Positions 29,331-42,585 of a DNA stretch of 64,000 nucleotides are shown in pieces. The position numbers and the translations under genes were made by a program. This DNA comes from Octopus vulgaris (taxonomy: Eukaryota). Every line of letters starts with the position of its first letter. Within the stretch, counting starts at the first letter, position 1. Below the pieces are notes generated by a model. It saw nothing but the letters and a program-made list of their open reading frames with translations, was not told the origin of the DNA and searched no databases. The stretch covers positions 62,806,001-62,870,000 of the forward strand of contig OX597818.1 of assembly GCA_951406725.2 (NCBI GenBank), read 5' to 3'.

Positions 29331-29959
29331 TGTACAAGTTATCATGAGATTTAGTATTTATACGTAAGGTCTTCTCTCTAAAGCTTTAATTATGTTAGCG
29401 TGATTTAGAACACACACTGCATTGTTAAATCGACATGTAGAGTGATTATATACACAGAACTCGCTTGCATAAATTGTTACAATTTTCATAAATTATTGGA
29501 CAACACAATGTCTTCGCTACGACTTAAATTGAAAGTATATGCTTCAAACGAATAAACGCTGCACAGAGGTTGGCTCCAGAGCTAAATAAATAATTATGCA
29601 GGTAATGGAAATAAAGATGGATAACTGAGTTAATATGACCCTTAAAATGCTGTAACAGAAGAAAGTTACCGTGAGACTCTATTCACAAGAAGCAAAAGAG
29701 TCAGGACCATTAATCTTAGTAGACTTAAAGAAACCCATACTGTTAATTAATAATACCTATGCAGCATGAGAGAAAACACTGTTCAATGACTAATGCTACG
29801 CCAATCGAAGAAGTTAGGGTGATTGTATCTTGGAAGGAAATATGTTTAATAAAAAATATCTTACAAGAAAAAGAACAACACAGATTTGATGACTAATGTT
29901 AATTGTGGAATGACGGCGCTGAGCCGCCATGTGTATATATACAAATTTGTTAGCGATTA

Positions 29960-30365
29960 AGGCGGCGAGCTAGCAGAAACGTTAGCACGCCGGGCGAGAT
30001 ACTAAGCGGTATTTTGTTTGTCTTTACGTTGTGAGTTCAAATTCCGCCGAGGTCGACATTGCCTTTCATCATCTCGGGGTCGATAAATTGGGTACCAGTT
30101 ACGCACTGGGGTCGATATAATCGACTTAATCCGTTTGTCTGTCCTTGTTTGTCCTATCTGTTTAGCCCCTTGTGGGTAGTAAAGAAATAGGTATTTCGTC
30201 TGTCGTTACGATGTGAGTTCAAATTCCGCCGAGGTCGACTTTGCCTTTCATCCTTTCGGGGTCGATAAATAAAGTACCAGTTTTGCACTGAGTGCATGTA
30301 ATCGACTTAATCCCTTTCTCTGTCCTTGTTTATCTCCTCTGTGTTTAACCCCTTGTGGGCAATAA
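29960..30365 (+). mobile_element. SINE family B, head plus two units
   Basis: Long TSD atatatacaaatttgtta(g/c)cgattaag on both sides. Confidence 0.9.
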
Positions 30366-30495
30366 ATAAATATATACAAATTTGTTACCGATTAAGATAT
30401 GCCTGGAGCACATTCGAAGCCGCAGGAGAGCCATCCATTGTATATTTTTATGAAGATAATGTAACGCTATTAACAAAGAGGTGTAAATTCAGCGT

Positions 30496-30739
30496 GTCAG
30501 CTGACAGCGACAACTGACCAGTCTGTGGGGTGGGATGCATGCATTTCAAAGTGGTTATCTCCTCTTCAGCTGTAGATCAGAAAGGTTGTCGCTGCTTAGC
30601 GCTGTAACACCGCTGAATAGCGCAATCAGTCATTGTACAATGACGCAAATATCAGTAATGGTCTTTGCGGCTGGAGAAGAGTTAACCACTCCAAAATACA
30701 TGCATCCTACAGTCGGTTTACGTATCGCTGTCAGCTGAC
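30496..30739. mobile_element. MITE-like fold-back element with about 85-nt imperfect inverted repeats
   Basis: gtcagctgacagcga..gatgcatgcattt..agtggtta pairs with taaccact..aatacatgcatcc..tcgctgtcagctgac. Confidence 0.65.
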
Positions 30740-31430
30740 TCGGTGTAATAAAAATAGAAATGCTTTCTACAAGAGGGATCAATCCTGACATTTTGGGGAA
30801 GAGAACTTGTAGATTACACTGACTCCAGTGTTTAGATTTTGCTTTATTTTATCGACCATAGTCAGATCAAAGGTATAGTCGACACCACGGAATTTGAAGT
30901 CAGAATGTATAATCAGAAAAGCGGTGGCTGATCATTTTGTCTGGTAAGCTAACGATTCTGCCAGAACGATGCCTTCACTACAACAACGGCAACAATGATG
31001 ATGGTGATGAGGAGGAGGGGGAGGAGAAGGAAAAGGAGGATTGCGTTTATGATGATGACGATAATGATGTTGAGGATGCTGATGTTTTGATGATGATGAA
31101 AATAAACTGCTGTTATAACCGGAAATAAGAACTGACTAGCTGACAGAGTAAAGAGAGAAAACGTTTAATCCCGAATAGCAGCAAGCTTGGCTGTGCGGTA
31201 AGAATCTTTCTTCCCAACCACATGGTTCTAGGTTCAGTCCTACTGCGTGGCATCTGGCGCAAATGTCTATATTTTTATATACATACCAGGGACGTGCCAC
31301 CTTGGTAGGCAGTGCCTACCTTGAATAAAATAGATCGATAGCAACATTTACCTTTTATGGCAAAATATGCACCTAATTCAATAAAATTATGAAGGTTACT
31401 CTGATTACTATGCATAAAATACAAAATAAT

Positions 31431-31750
31431 ATTATGTACATTATTCACCTTATTTACATTATTTACATTTGACGGATATTTGTCCTCATCTTGTTTGTTG
31501 TTAACATAAAGTTTCGGCTGATATACCCTCCAGCTTTCATCAGGTGTCTTGGGGAAATTTCGAACATCCGTTCTCATTCTTAAGGTATTTTTCTATGATA
31601 TTATTATTATTATTATTACTATTATTATTATTATTAATATTATTATTCAGGTGACTGCCTGGAATCGAACTCAGAATTTTGGGCTAAGTAGTCCACGCTT
31701 TTAACTTCTACGCCATATGCTCGTGTTCGATTCCAGGCAGTGACCTGAAT

Positions 31751-31807
<57 letters not shown>

Positions 31808-31974
31808 TGTAATAACGATAATAATAATAACATCGAAAAATACCTTAGGAATGAGAAACCATTCGAAATTTACCCCAAGACTCCTGATGAATGCTGGAGA
31901 GAATATCACCCGAAACGTTGTGTTAACAACAAACAAGATGAAGAAAAATATCCGTCAAATGTAAATATTGTAAA
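31431..31974. mobile_element. Fold-back element: tRNA-headed SINE-like unit with a Penelope-type hammerhead tail (minus, 31720-31431) plus an inverted 5'-truncated copy (plus, 31724-31974)
   Basis: The two arms are reverse complements of each other. Head tggcgtagaagttaa..gagttcgattcc, an internal (AAT)n, CTGATGA..GAAAC in both arms, and an (aatgtaaat)n tail. Confidence 0.8.
31879..31924 (+). ncRNA. Minimal type I hammerhead ribozyme motif (partly decayed)
   Basis: gactc-CTGATGA-atgctg gagagaatat cacc c-GAA-ACGT-T-gtgtt, with a palindromic ACGT stem III. The mirror copy at 31503-31548 (minus) has better stems I and II (gacac; gctg/cagc) but a mutated stem III. Confidence 0.6.
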
Positions 31975-32266
31975 AGATAGTAGATTCAACATACGGTCGA
32001 ATGCAGTAATCTCTCGCCATATTGCGGTTCACCTATTGCGCACTCAGTACATCATGAATTTTTCTGGCTAATATATGTAAATCTATATCGCGTGTATCTG
32101 CGGTCGATAGATGTTTATATATTTTAGATTTTCATTATTTCTGTGGGAGGTTTCAGAACGTAACACGCGTGATAGTTCAGGTATTACTGTACTGGAGAAG
32201 GAAAAGTATGGGTTAAATATGGCGCGTGTTTAGTAACAGGATATTTCATGCGATTTCTAATACCTG

Positions 32267-32298
<32 letters not shown>

Positions 32299-32852
32299 CA
32301 AGTCTCTTTCAAAAGCTGCACCAGTTTGAAGCACATAATATTTAATTCCTAGAGAATTTTGTTGTGAGAAACCAAATAACCTAATTTCTCTAAGATGAAT
32401 AATATACTGAAGAAACTTTCTCTTCATTTTCTATTTTCGAGACCCATTTATCTTTAAACAACATTTTAAACCTGACAGTACACGTACAAAATGCTCTGAG
32501 CACATGAGTCGTTTTCTGTACATGGTCGAGTTGAAGTCGAAATCGGTACAAAATCAGCAAGTATTAGTTCTCTAGACACTACCTGTTTCATTAGGTGAAT
32601 TGATATGAAATTTTGCTAAGTAAACAAATGCCCAACGGCAGCAAAGGTCATATCAGAGACGAAGGCCATTAAGGATCATTAATGATACATTAAAGAAAGT
32701 AACGGCCATTTGACAATTAGAAGAAATACGGTATCATAAATACTGAAGAATTAATGAACGAGACAGCCTGGAACACATGCGTTAAAGGAAATAGCAAGTA
32801 GGAATTTTAGAGACACGTCACGATGAATTATCCTTAAAAACACCGCTAATGT

Positions 32853-33168
32853 GTATGTATATATATATATATATATACATACATATAGATATATATATAC
32901 ATATATATATATATACGTATACACATATATATACATATATATATACATACACAGATATATATATACATATATATATAGATACACAGATATATATATACAT
33001 ATATATATACATACACAGATATATATATACATATATATATACATACACAGATATATATACATATATATATACATACACAGATATATATATACATATATAT
33101 ATACATACACAGATATATATACATATATATATACATACACATATATATATATACATATATATATACAC

Positions 33169-33199
<31 letters not shown>

Positions 33200-33294
33200 T
33201 ATATACATATATATATACACATATATATATACATATATATATACACATATATATATACATATATATATACATATATATATACATATATATATAC

Positions 33295-33329
<35 letters not shown>

Positions 33330-33745
33330 CATATATATACACATATATATACATATATATATATACATATATATATACATATATATACACATATATATAC
33401 ACACATATATATATATATATACATATATATACATATATATATACACACATATATATATATATATATATATACATATATATACATATATATATACACACAT
33501 ATATATACATATATATATATATACACGCATATATATATATATACATGTATTTTATACATATATATATACAATTATATATATACACATATATATATACACA
33601 TATATATATACACATATATATATATACATATATATATATACACATATATATATACACATATATAAACACATATATATATACACACACATATATATATACA
33701 CATATATATATACATATATATACATATATATATACATATATATAC

Positions 33746-33788
<43 letters not shown>

Positions 33789-34405
33789 TACATACATATA
33801 TATATACATATATATATATACATATATATATACATATATACACATAACATATATATATATACATATATATATATACATATATATATATATACATATATTT
33901 ATACATATATATATATATACATATATATATATACATATATATATACATATATATATACATATATATATACATATATATATACACATATATATATACATAT
34001 ATATATACACATATATATACGTATATATATATACACATATATATATACATATGCATATATATATATACATATACATATGCATATATATATACATATATAT
34101 TTACATATATATATATATATACATATATATTTACATATATATACATATATATTTACATATATCTTTACATATATATATACACACATATATATATATGCAT
34201 ATATATATACACGCATATATATATATGCATATATATATACATATACATACATATATATACATATACACATATATATATATACATATATATATACATATAA
34301 ATACATATATATACACATATATATACACATATATATATATAAATACATATATATACACATATATACCTCTATATACACATATACACCTAGATATACACAT
34401 ATATA

Positions 34406-34476
<71 letters not shown>
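32853..34476. repeat. 1.6 kb (TA)/(TACA) complex microsatellite with an embedded 26-28-nt minisatellite (..atacatacacagat..)
   Basis: Read directly; units containing acacag repeat about 6 times between 32940 and 33125. Confidence 0.95.
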
Positions 34477-34479
<3 letters not shown>

Positions 34480-34559
34480 AGTGCGGAGAGGGTTTTGATG
34501 TGATTCCCATCAATATTCTAACTGCTGCCGTTATTCATTATTATATTGATCTCAACTGG

Positions 34560-35700
34560 ACGGTATAGTAATTATGAAGACTACGGAAAATAAATCCATG
34601 AAAGAAAAAACGAAAAATAATCATTGCTTTTAGAATATGTAACCCTAAATCTAATATAGAAACATAGTTTTTAACAAGAAGACCATTAAAATATCTATTG
34701 TATGATATACATTATAAGACTACAGAAATATCCAGTAAAGGACAATGGAAAGCTAATGGAAATGATTTCATGGCACGGGAAAAAAACGGTAAAGTATTTT
34801 CTGCATTTATAGAAAAGAAACACAGAAATAAAAAAAGGAAGTTTCGTTGGGAAATGAAAAGCAGAGATAAGACATTGGGAAACTGAATAAAAACTAAGCA
34901 AAAAATGGAGTGGGAGAATGTCATGCAAAAAACCCTCTGGTGGCCAAAATCCGAAGCATTGAAGTGTGAAGCTCTAATTAGGTAAGCTCTAATTGCTATA
35001 CTGTTTCAGAGGAACAGGACAGATAACTCAAATATTTGATGGTGGGACCTAATTAAACCTTTCACATCAGAAGATGCAAAACCCAAGCAATCAAAAAGAA
35101 TATATTTTACCGTTTGTTTCAATTGTTGGGAGGAACAATTGACAGCAGTCGCTGGCTTTTTCTAAAACTTTAAAAAGAATGCGTCTATAAGCCTGACAAA
35201 TTAGCAAGCTTCACATCCAGGAAATTACGCCAGAATTATTAAATGAAGACAGAACAGAAATAGAATAAACGTACTCTAAGAATGATAGCGGTGAATGACA
35301 AAACAACTATATTTAGGATAACCAATTCACAAGAACAGGGAAATCCACGTTTAACGACAGGATATTACCAAAAACTATCTGAAGAAAAGTGCTTCCTAAT
35401 TGAAATATCAGTCTTAAGTGACATTGAATTAGCTGGAAAAGATTTTACGAAAAAGTAACCAATGATAAAATCAGGAAATGTATGTAATCAAAACGCAGGA
35501 GTTGAATACAAAACACAATTGATAAATTTAAAAGTGCCGTAAAAATTAAAACTTCCTAACGTAGGTCTTACATCTGTCAGACATACACAAAATTAGAGAA
35601 TTAGAGAGACGAATCTACAGAGATATCAAAGCAGCTAAAAGCCATGGATCCGAATTGAAATAACGATAGACACAAACGGTTTACGTTTATCCACGCATTA
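34560..35700 (+). pseudogene. Highly decayed R4/Dong-like LINE C-terminal region
   Basis: Relics resembling ETIDH..GC and RxDI...KCFLIEISV (restriction-like endonuclease), with many stops. Confidence 0.35.
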
Positions 35701-35827
35701 TGACGCCACTACACAAAGTGACAGCAATATATTGCTTTCAAATACTTGTACGAAGCTAGTAATTTTAGAAGACGGGGTAAGTGGACAACATTCACCCCAG
35801 TACTTAACTAATATCTATTTCATCGTA

Positions 35828-36620
35828 AGGCAATGAGATGGCTGACACATAGCACGCCGGACGAAATGCGTAGCTGTATTTCGTCTGCCGTTACGTTCTT
35901 AGTTCAAATTCCGCCGAGGTCGAATTTGCCTTTCATTCTTTCGGGGTCGATAAATTAAGTACCAGTTGCGCACTGGGTTCGATATAATCGACTTAATCCG
36001 TTTGTCTGTCCTTGCTAGTCCTCTCTGTGTTTGGCCCCTTGTGGGTAGTAAAGAAATAGGTATTTCGTCTGCGGCTACGTTCTAAACTCAAATTCCCTCG
36101 AGGTCGACTTTGCCTTTCATCCTTTCGGGTTCGATTTAATAAGTACCACTTACGCACTGGGGTCGATGCAATCGACTTAATCCGTTTGTCTGTCCTTGTT
36201 TTCCCCCTTTATGTTTAGACCCTTGTGGGCAATAAAGAGATAAGTATTTCGTCTGTCATTACGTTCTTAGTTCAAATTCCGCCGCGGTCGACTTTTCCTT
36301 TCATCCTTTCGGGGTCGATAAATTAAGTACCACTTGCATACTGGAGTCGATCTAATCGACTGGACCCCTCCCCCCAAAATTTCGGGCCTTCTGCCTACCG
36401 TAGAAAAGGCGATTATCTGGCTGACACGTTAGCATGCCGTGAGAAATGCTTAGCGGCATTTCATGTCTTTACGTTCTGAGTTCAAATTCCGCTGAGGTCG
36501 ACTTTACATTTCATCATTTCGTGGTCGATAAATTAAGTACCAGTTGCTTACTGGAGTCGAGCTAATCGACTGGCTTCCTCGTCCAAAATTTCGGGCCTTC
36601 AGGCTAGAGTAGAAAAGACT
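35828..36620 (+). mobile_element. SINE family B tandem cluster with both tail types
   Basis: Four core repeats. The first two end in ..gtgggtagtaaagaaata-type tails and the last two in ..aaaatttcgggcctt..gtagaaaag. Confidence 0.85.
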
Positions 36621-36857
36621 ATTTGTTTCATCGAGTCCGAAACGATGAAAAGTAAAGTTGAAGTCGGCATAATTTGAACATCGATATGAATTCAATACAT
36701 TTCTTAATCGATCAGTGCAACGCAAATGAAAAGTAATTTTTATGAAAGTTTAGTTCACAATTAGAAAATAGAAATAAGAATAAGGAAATATCCTGGGGAG
36801 GTTCATAATGAATATGTATATAATATATACACTGATCTGACTAAGATAAAAAGTGTA

Positions 36858-37220
36858 GAGGCAATGGTCCAGTGGTTAGGGCAGAGGTACTCGCGGTCAT
36901 AAGATCGCGGTTTCAATTCCCAAACCGGGCATTGTGATTGTTTACTGAGCAAAAACACCTAAAGCTCCGCAAAGCTCCGGTTGGGGTTGGTAGCGAACCC
37001 TACTGTACTCTTTCACCACAGCTTTCATTTTTTCGTTCTTTTCTGCTATACCTGTATTTCACAGGGCCAGTCTTGTCACACTCTGTGTCACGCTGAATCT
37101 CCACGAGAACTACTTTAAGGGTACACGTGTCTGTACACTTGTACGTTAATTTCGCGAGCAGTTCTGTTTCGCTGATCGGTTCAATTGGAAAACTTGCCGT
37201 CGTGACCGACGGTGTATCAC
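36858..37220 (+). mobile_element. SINE family A (diverged)
   Basis: gcaatggtccagtggttagggc..gtcgtgaccgacgg, with TSD agataaaa. Confidence 0.85.
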
Positions 37221-37316
37221 GGAGATAAAAGGTCAGCGCCTACACTAAACAAAAGCCACACACACACAGAGCGATCTGATCCTGGAATTTAGGTTACGGT
37301 ATTCAAGTGGTTATAA

Positions 37317-37731
37317 AGGCGGTGAGCTGGCAGAAACGTTAGCACACCGGGCGAAATGCTTACCAGTATTTCGTCTGCCGCTACGTTGTGATTTCAAATT
37401 CCGCCGAGGTCGACTTTGCCTTTCATCCTTTCAGGATCGATTAAATAAGTACCAGTCATGCACTGGGGTCAATATAATCAACTTAGTCCGTTTGTCTGTC
37501 CTTGTTTGTCCTCTCTGTGTTTAGCCCCTTGAGGGTAGTAATGAAATAGGCATTTCGTCTGCCGTTACGTTGTGAGTTCAAATTCCGCCGTCGTTGACTT
37601 TACCTTTCATTCTTTCAGGGTCGATTAAATAAGTACCACTTACGCACTGGGGTCGATATAATGGACTTAATCCGTTTGTCTGTCCTTGTTTGTCCCCTCT
37701 GTTTGTAGCCCTTGTGGGTAGTAAAGAAATA
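37317..37731 (+). mobile_element. SINE family B, head plus two units
   Basis: 18-nt TSD ggtattcaagtggttata (37298-37315 and 37732-37749). Confidence 0.9.
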
Positions 37732-37759
37732 GGTATTCAAGTGGTTATAGAGTTGCTAA

Positions 37760-38930
37760 CAGATACGTGGTAAATTGGAGGCAATAATAAGTCGCCTTGC
37801 ACCTTACGTGCTTTGCCTGCATGAATAACGCGCAGGATAAATAAACAAGGATAAATAAAAAATAAAACATGTTCCCTGGAGAGCAAAATGTATGATTCAA
37901 AGCTTATACACGGCTATAATAATTAATTATCATTCAACAATGATATCAACGGCTGTAGAAGAACAATAAGTAGTCAAAGATGCCTTGGCGTGAATACAAG
38001 AATGCTTTTGTCAATGCTACGCTTGTATGGATCCTATTAACATTAAAAGAGATTAAATTATTTAGAAGCAGAAACATTAAAGACTACCGGAATAACAGGC
38101 CGAAATTTCTGCAGATAAAGAAAAAAATGGGATTTATAAAGACGTAAACCCATCTCCTTAAAGAGAGGAATTTTAAAAGGATGCTCTTTCTTTCTTCTTC
38201 TGCCTGTCATTAACTTATTTAATCAACTTGTTAAATTGTTTAGAGGACAATAAATAACAATTTTTGTATAGTTGACTTCTTCGTCAATTTTACAGATGAT
38301 AAACAACAAAAATACTTGAGATATTACGTCGATTTGCAAGAGAAATTGATATGAGATTCCGATTAGAAATATTTGCCAAGAGAAGACAATTAATTAAAAA
38401 TACTAAAATAATTCTAGATAATGAGATAGATATATGAGGAAGAGATTAAAAAAAAAGCACTCACTTAGGAATACTTAAGAATTAATGTGCAATAGAAGTA
38501 AATAGGGAAAAAAAATAGCGTTCGTGAAGAAATATTGAGTCGGCATTCATGATTGTGAACAAGCAAATAAAAAAAAAGGAAGAAAAATAACTGCCTTTAG
38601 AAAACACTCCTTAAAATGTGAGAGTGAAGAATTTTATTGGCTTCGAAGACATGGATGTAGGGTTTTTATGCAACAGGAGCCATTGTAGCAATATCTTCCT
38701 GAAATAGACTCACAAAATATCTCGTAAAAATAGCGGAGACTTAAATAGCTGCACAACAAAGCCAAATACTGAGTATTTTAAGGAAAAATAATATTTTTTA
38801 AGGACCAACAAAACACAAAACTGGAAAACAGAAGAAAAAATTAAAGAAGCTGAAACAGCAGTAAATTGTGAGAAAATCATAACAAGCTAAGGAAATGTTA
38901 GGCTACAATAGAGAAATTACATGCAATGGC
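37760..38930 (+). pseudogene. Decayed R4/Dong-like RT remnant
   Basis: RGILKGCS..LLFCLSL-like relic at about 38165-38215 (cf. RGIFQGDSLSPLLFCL), followed by a F.DD relic at about 38290. Confidence 0.4.
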
Positions 38931-39367
38931 GAATAAATTTCAGGTTGCCAGTATATGATAATATTAAACTGGTTTCAAATACACCAATGGGAACAATCAC
39001 AATACGTTGATCTATTTTTTCTTTCTTGTTTTTTTCGGTGCTTTTCATAATTTTTCTCTACCGGAGCTTCTGCGATGTTTGTCCAGCGAATGACTGAATT
39101 TTATTTCAATGTACAGGAGACATTTTACACTATTAAAGTGATGAGTTCTTTCGGGATATATCTCCATTTCACAGGTGCTTTACGCTTTCTTTTATATTTT
39201 ATGGCAATTTTAGTTAATTCTTGACTGTATGTTACATTTTATTTTCTGATTTTCTCTTCTCACCTTCAAGGTTACAATTTCTCTCTACTTATTCGCTTCT
39301 AGAAATAAAGACGGGGAAATTGCTTTCAGAATTCTTAGATACGTATGTTCCTAACTTGCACCGAGTA

Positions 39368-39752
39368 GGAGGCACGATGCCTCAGTGGTTAGGCCAGTGG
39401 ACTCGTGGTCGCAGGATCGCGGTTTCGATTCCCAGAGCGAGCGTTGTGAGTGTTTACTGAGCGAAAACACCTAAATCTCCACTCGGCTTCGGCAGGGGAT
39501 GGTGGAAGACCCTGCTGTACTCTTTCACCACAATTTTCTCACACACTTTCTTCCTGTTTCTGTTGTACCTGTATTTCGAAGAGCCGGCCTTGTCACACTC
39601 TGTATCACGCTGAATCTCCCTCGAGAACTACGTTAAGGGTACACGTTTCTTTGAAGTGCTCAGCGACGCGACTTACACATTAATTTCACGAGCAGGCTGT
39701 TCTGTTGATCGGATCAACTGGAACCCTCGTCGTCGTAACCGACGGAGTGCCA
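39368..39752 (+). mobile_element. SINE family A
   Basis: Full head and tail, with TSD taacttg(c/g)acc. Confidence 0.9.
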
Positions 39753-41139
39753 CGATAACTTGGACCAATAACCTTACGAATTTGTTCTTATATTTTGCAT
39801 GGATATGGCTTGTCAGGCTTTCTGCGTAGAAAATGCTTAAATGAATTTTACTGCCACATGTGTAGCAGCTACACTTGTAGATTCTGTGTTCTGTGGATTC
39901 CGTGTCTCTACGTTCTTTCGTTACCGGTCACAGATCAGGAATTATTTTGTAGTCATGCCGATTGCTGAGAAATTTTTCCAAAGTCAAACCATCCGATCAC
40001 ATACCAAAAATTACAACTACACTAGGTACTGGCGCACATTGTATTAATAATTAATAAAGTCACTACTGACTATTGGTCCACATTATCACCCATGACCACT
40101 CTTGTGTTTTTATGTCAAAAATACTGCTGAAATTATATCAGGTTTTCAGTATATGATAATGTTAAACTGGTTTCAAATACACCAAATGGAAACAATCACA
40201 ATACGTTGATCTTTTATTTTCTTTTTTGCTGTTCATCATTTTTCTCTACCGAATCCTCCGCGTTGTTTGTCCAGCGATTTGGGCTTAAACCCCGCTTTTA
40301 AAAATGACACATGATAACCCATGCTTCCCACCGCTACAATAAAGGTTTCACTTAAAATATTTGCCAAATGTATGCTGGTTCTGTATCTTAGGATGAAAAG
40401 AGCAAACCTCGAGTGGCCTTAACAAAATGCTGTTAACTTATTCTCCTCCTCCTCTGTGATGGATTGTAGCAGTCTATTGACTGTCTTCTGGTATAAAAGC
40501 TTCCACGCTTTTGTTTCTCCAGGTAAATGTTCCAGATTAAGCTTCTTTTGTTTGAAGAAACATTTGCAAAGGATATGTTTCTTTATTTACCCATAAAAAG
40601 GTTTACATAGAGGGGACGTTACAGGGACAGACACGGAACATGTAGGATACAAACACGCTTCTTTTATACAATATGAAAAGACAGATGGATTTACATATAT
40701 TTTATGAATAAGAGTTAAAAATATACATGATGATTGGATAGAATTTGGGTCCGGGTTAGTGAATTAACCCGCCGGCTGGTTATCCCTTTTGGTAATCATT
40801 TTCCTTTCATTTAAACATCCGACCGACCGTGCAAGCACAGCCTCGTGCATTCTCTCCTTTCTTACCACTGTCATCCATCTTTTCCCAAACGCTCTTTGTG
40901 GCAGGCTCCTCCTCTCCAGACGGATCTCATTTGCAAAGGACAGCGTATCACTAAGCCGCCATTCATTATTGCATTTGGCGCATCGTCTGCGCATGACTGC
41001 TGAGTATTTTCGCCAAATGTGTTTTGTATTGTGATGTGCTTCAGTGTTGCTTTAGTGTTTTACTTCGTGATATATACGTTTGTTCGTTATTTTATTTTTT
41101 TAATATTGATTTTTGTTTGTCTTATAGCTTTTTCGTGCG

Positions 41140-42585
41140 TTTCACGAGGGTTGTTTCAACTCACGGAACAGAGATTATGTGATCAAGCTACAGTAATAAG
41201 AAAAAATCATTGGTTCACAGAAGTAAAGCTCGAAGCTCTCAAAAGATGGGTCTTGGAAAACAGCAGCAGAGGAAACGATGAAAATACTGTACCTACTGAT
41301 AGAAGTAATCTCATAGAAGAAAACAGATGTGAGATCGATAATACACCACAGGAAAGGAACAGTGATGGCTTGCTCGATGAGAGGCATATAGATGGTTTGG
41401 AAGAAGACAATATAACTAATGGTGACATTACAGATGGACAAAAGGTAATATGTGACAGAATAAAGGCAAGGCTACAGGAGAACGATAGTAACATTATTTG
41501 CAAACTTAGAAAGGTTGATCGGTGGAAATTGAACCAAGAAACGAAAAATAGTAATGAAATTCTGAAATCCATCAGAACAAAAAACATCGCAGGAACAAAT
41601 AATTTGTTTAAGGCGGCAAGTATTGTTGTAGCAGAAAATATGGGTGTTGATACCAAGAAAAAGAAATATAATGGGAGGGACAAAAGCAAAGATCCATAGT
41701 GGAAAAGAAAAATACAGCCGGGGTTAGATATGCCCTCGAAGGACATTTCTGTATTAGACCGAAAAGAAAAGGAGAGCTTAAAAGGGAACAAAAATACAAG
41801 GCACTGAACAGGAAGTATAATACTGAAAGAAAGGGCCTGAAAGTGGTAATGGAGGAACTGAAACAGCGCCTCGTTGCAAAGAAAGCAAAGATGGTATGAT
41901 ACGACCAAAGAACGAAGGGTTACCAGCAGAATAGGTTTTTTAATTTAGATCAGAAGAGATTCTATAAAGAAATAAATGGAGAGTGTACAGTTGAAAAGTT
42001 GATACAGATAATATTGAAAACTAGGATTCGAACATGCTGATACATGGTATGAACATGAACTTAGTAAAGTACTAGAAAGTAAGAAACACAAGATGTTGTG
42101 GGATTTAGCATTCAAACTGACAGAGTAAAAGAAGCTACAAGGCCTGATTTGGTGGTGGTGGTAGTAGTTGTAGTAGTAGTAGTAGTAGATAAAGAAAATA
42201 GAAAGTGCCAGATAATTGACTTTACAGTCCAAAATGTTGAAGCAATCGATATGAGAAGTATAGAAAAAATATCAAAGTACCAGGACCTAGCTATGAGACT
42301 ATGGAAAGTGCGGGTAAAATTTATCCCAGTAGTATTAGTGCATATCCTTAACGATCTGAATTGGTGGATAAAAGAAATAGGCATAAGACCCAATTTAGTA
42401 CAACCGCAGAAAACAGTGTTAATAGGAGCAACTAGGATACTTTGGAGGGTTGTTGTCATCTACGGTTACTTGCTGTAACTCAATAAGACAGCGCTTGGCA
42501 TTTAAGGCTACTTGTTGTAGCCCGATGTAAGATTTCTTTTCTTTTCCAACAGTCTAATCTGTTGAGTGTATATGAAAATAATAAT
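41140..42585 (+). mobile_element. R4/Dong-like non-LTR retrotransposon, internally deleted (N-terminal domain joined to the RLE nuclease; RT missing)
   Basis: N-terminal motif TEQRLCDQ..IRKNHWFTEVKLE and QQNRFF..DQKRFY, then WYEH..LWD..IQTD..RPDLVV..IID..EKISKYQDL. The element ends in an aataataat tail. Confidence 0.75.

Noticed and set aside
31647-31720. Possible tRNA gene
   Set aside because: A and B boxes are present, but the acceptor stem does not pair and the sequence continues into a repeat body, so it is a SINE head. The same holds for the family A, B and C heads.
32751-34513. Long ORFs up to 550 aa (poly-YI/YT)
   Set aside because: Translations of (TA)/(TACA) repeats, which lack stops in most frames. 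The same applies to ORFs at 13.8-14.6, 19.8-22.4 and 23.7-24.4 kb.
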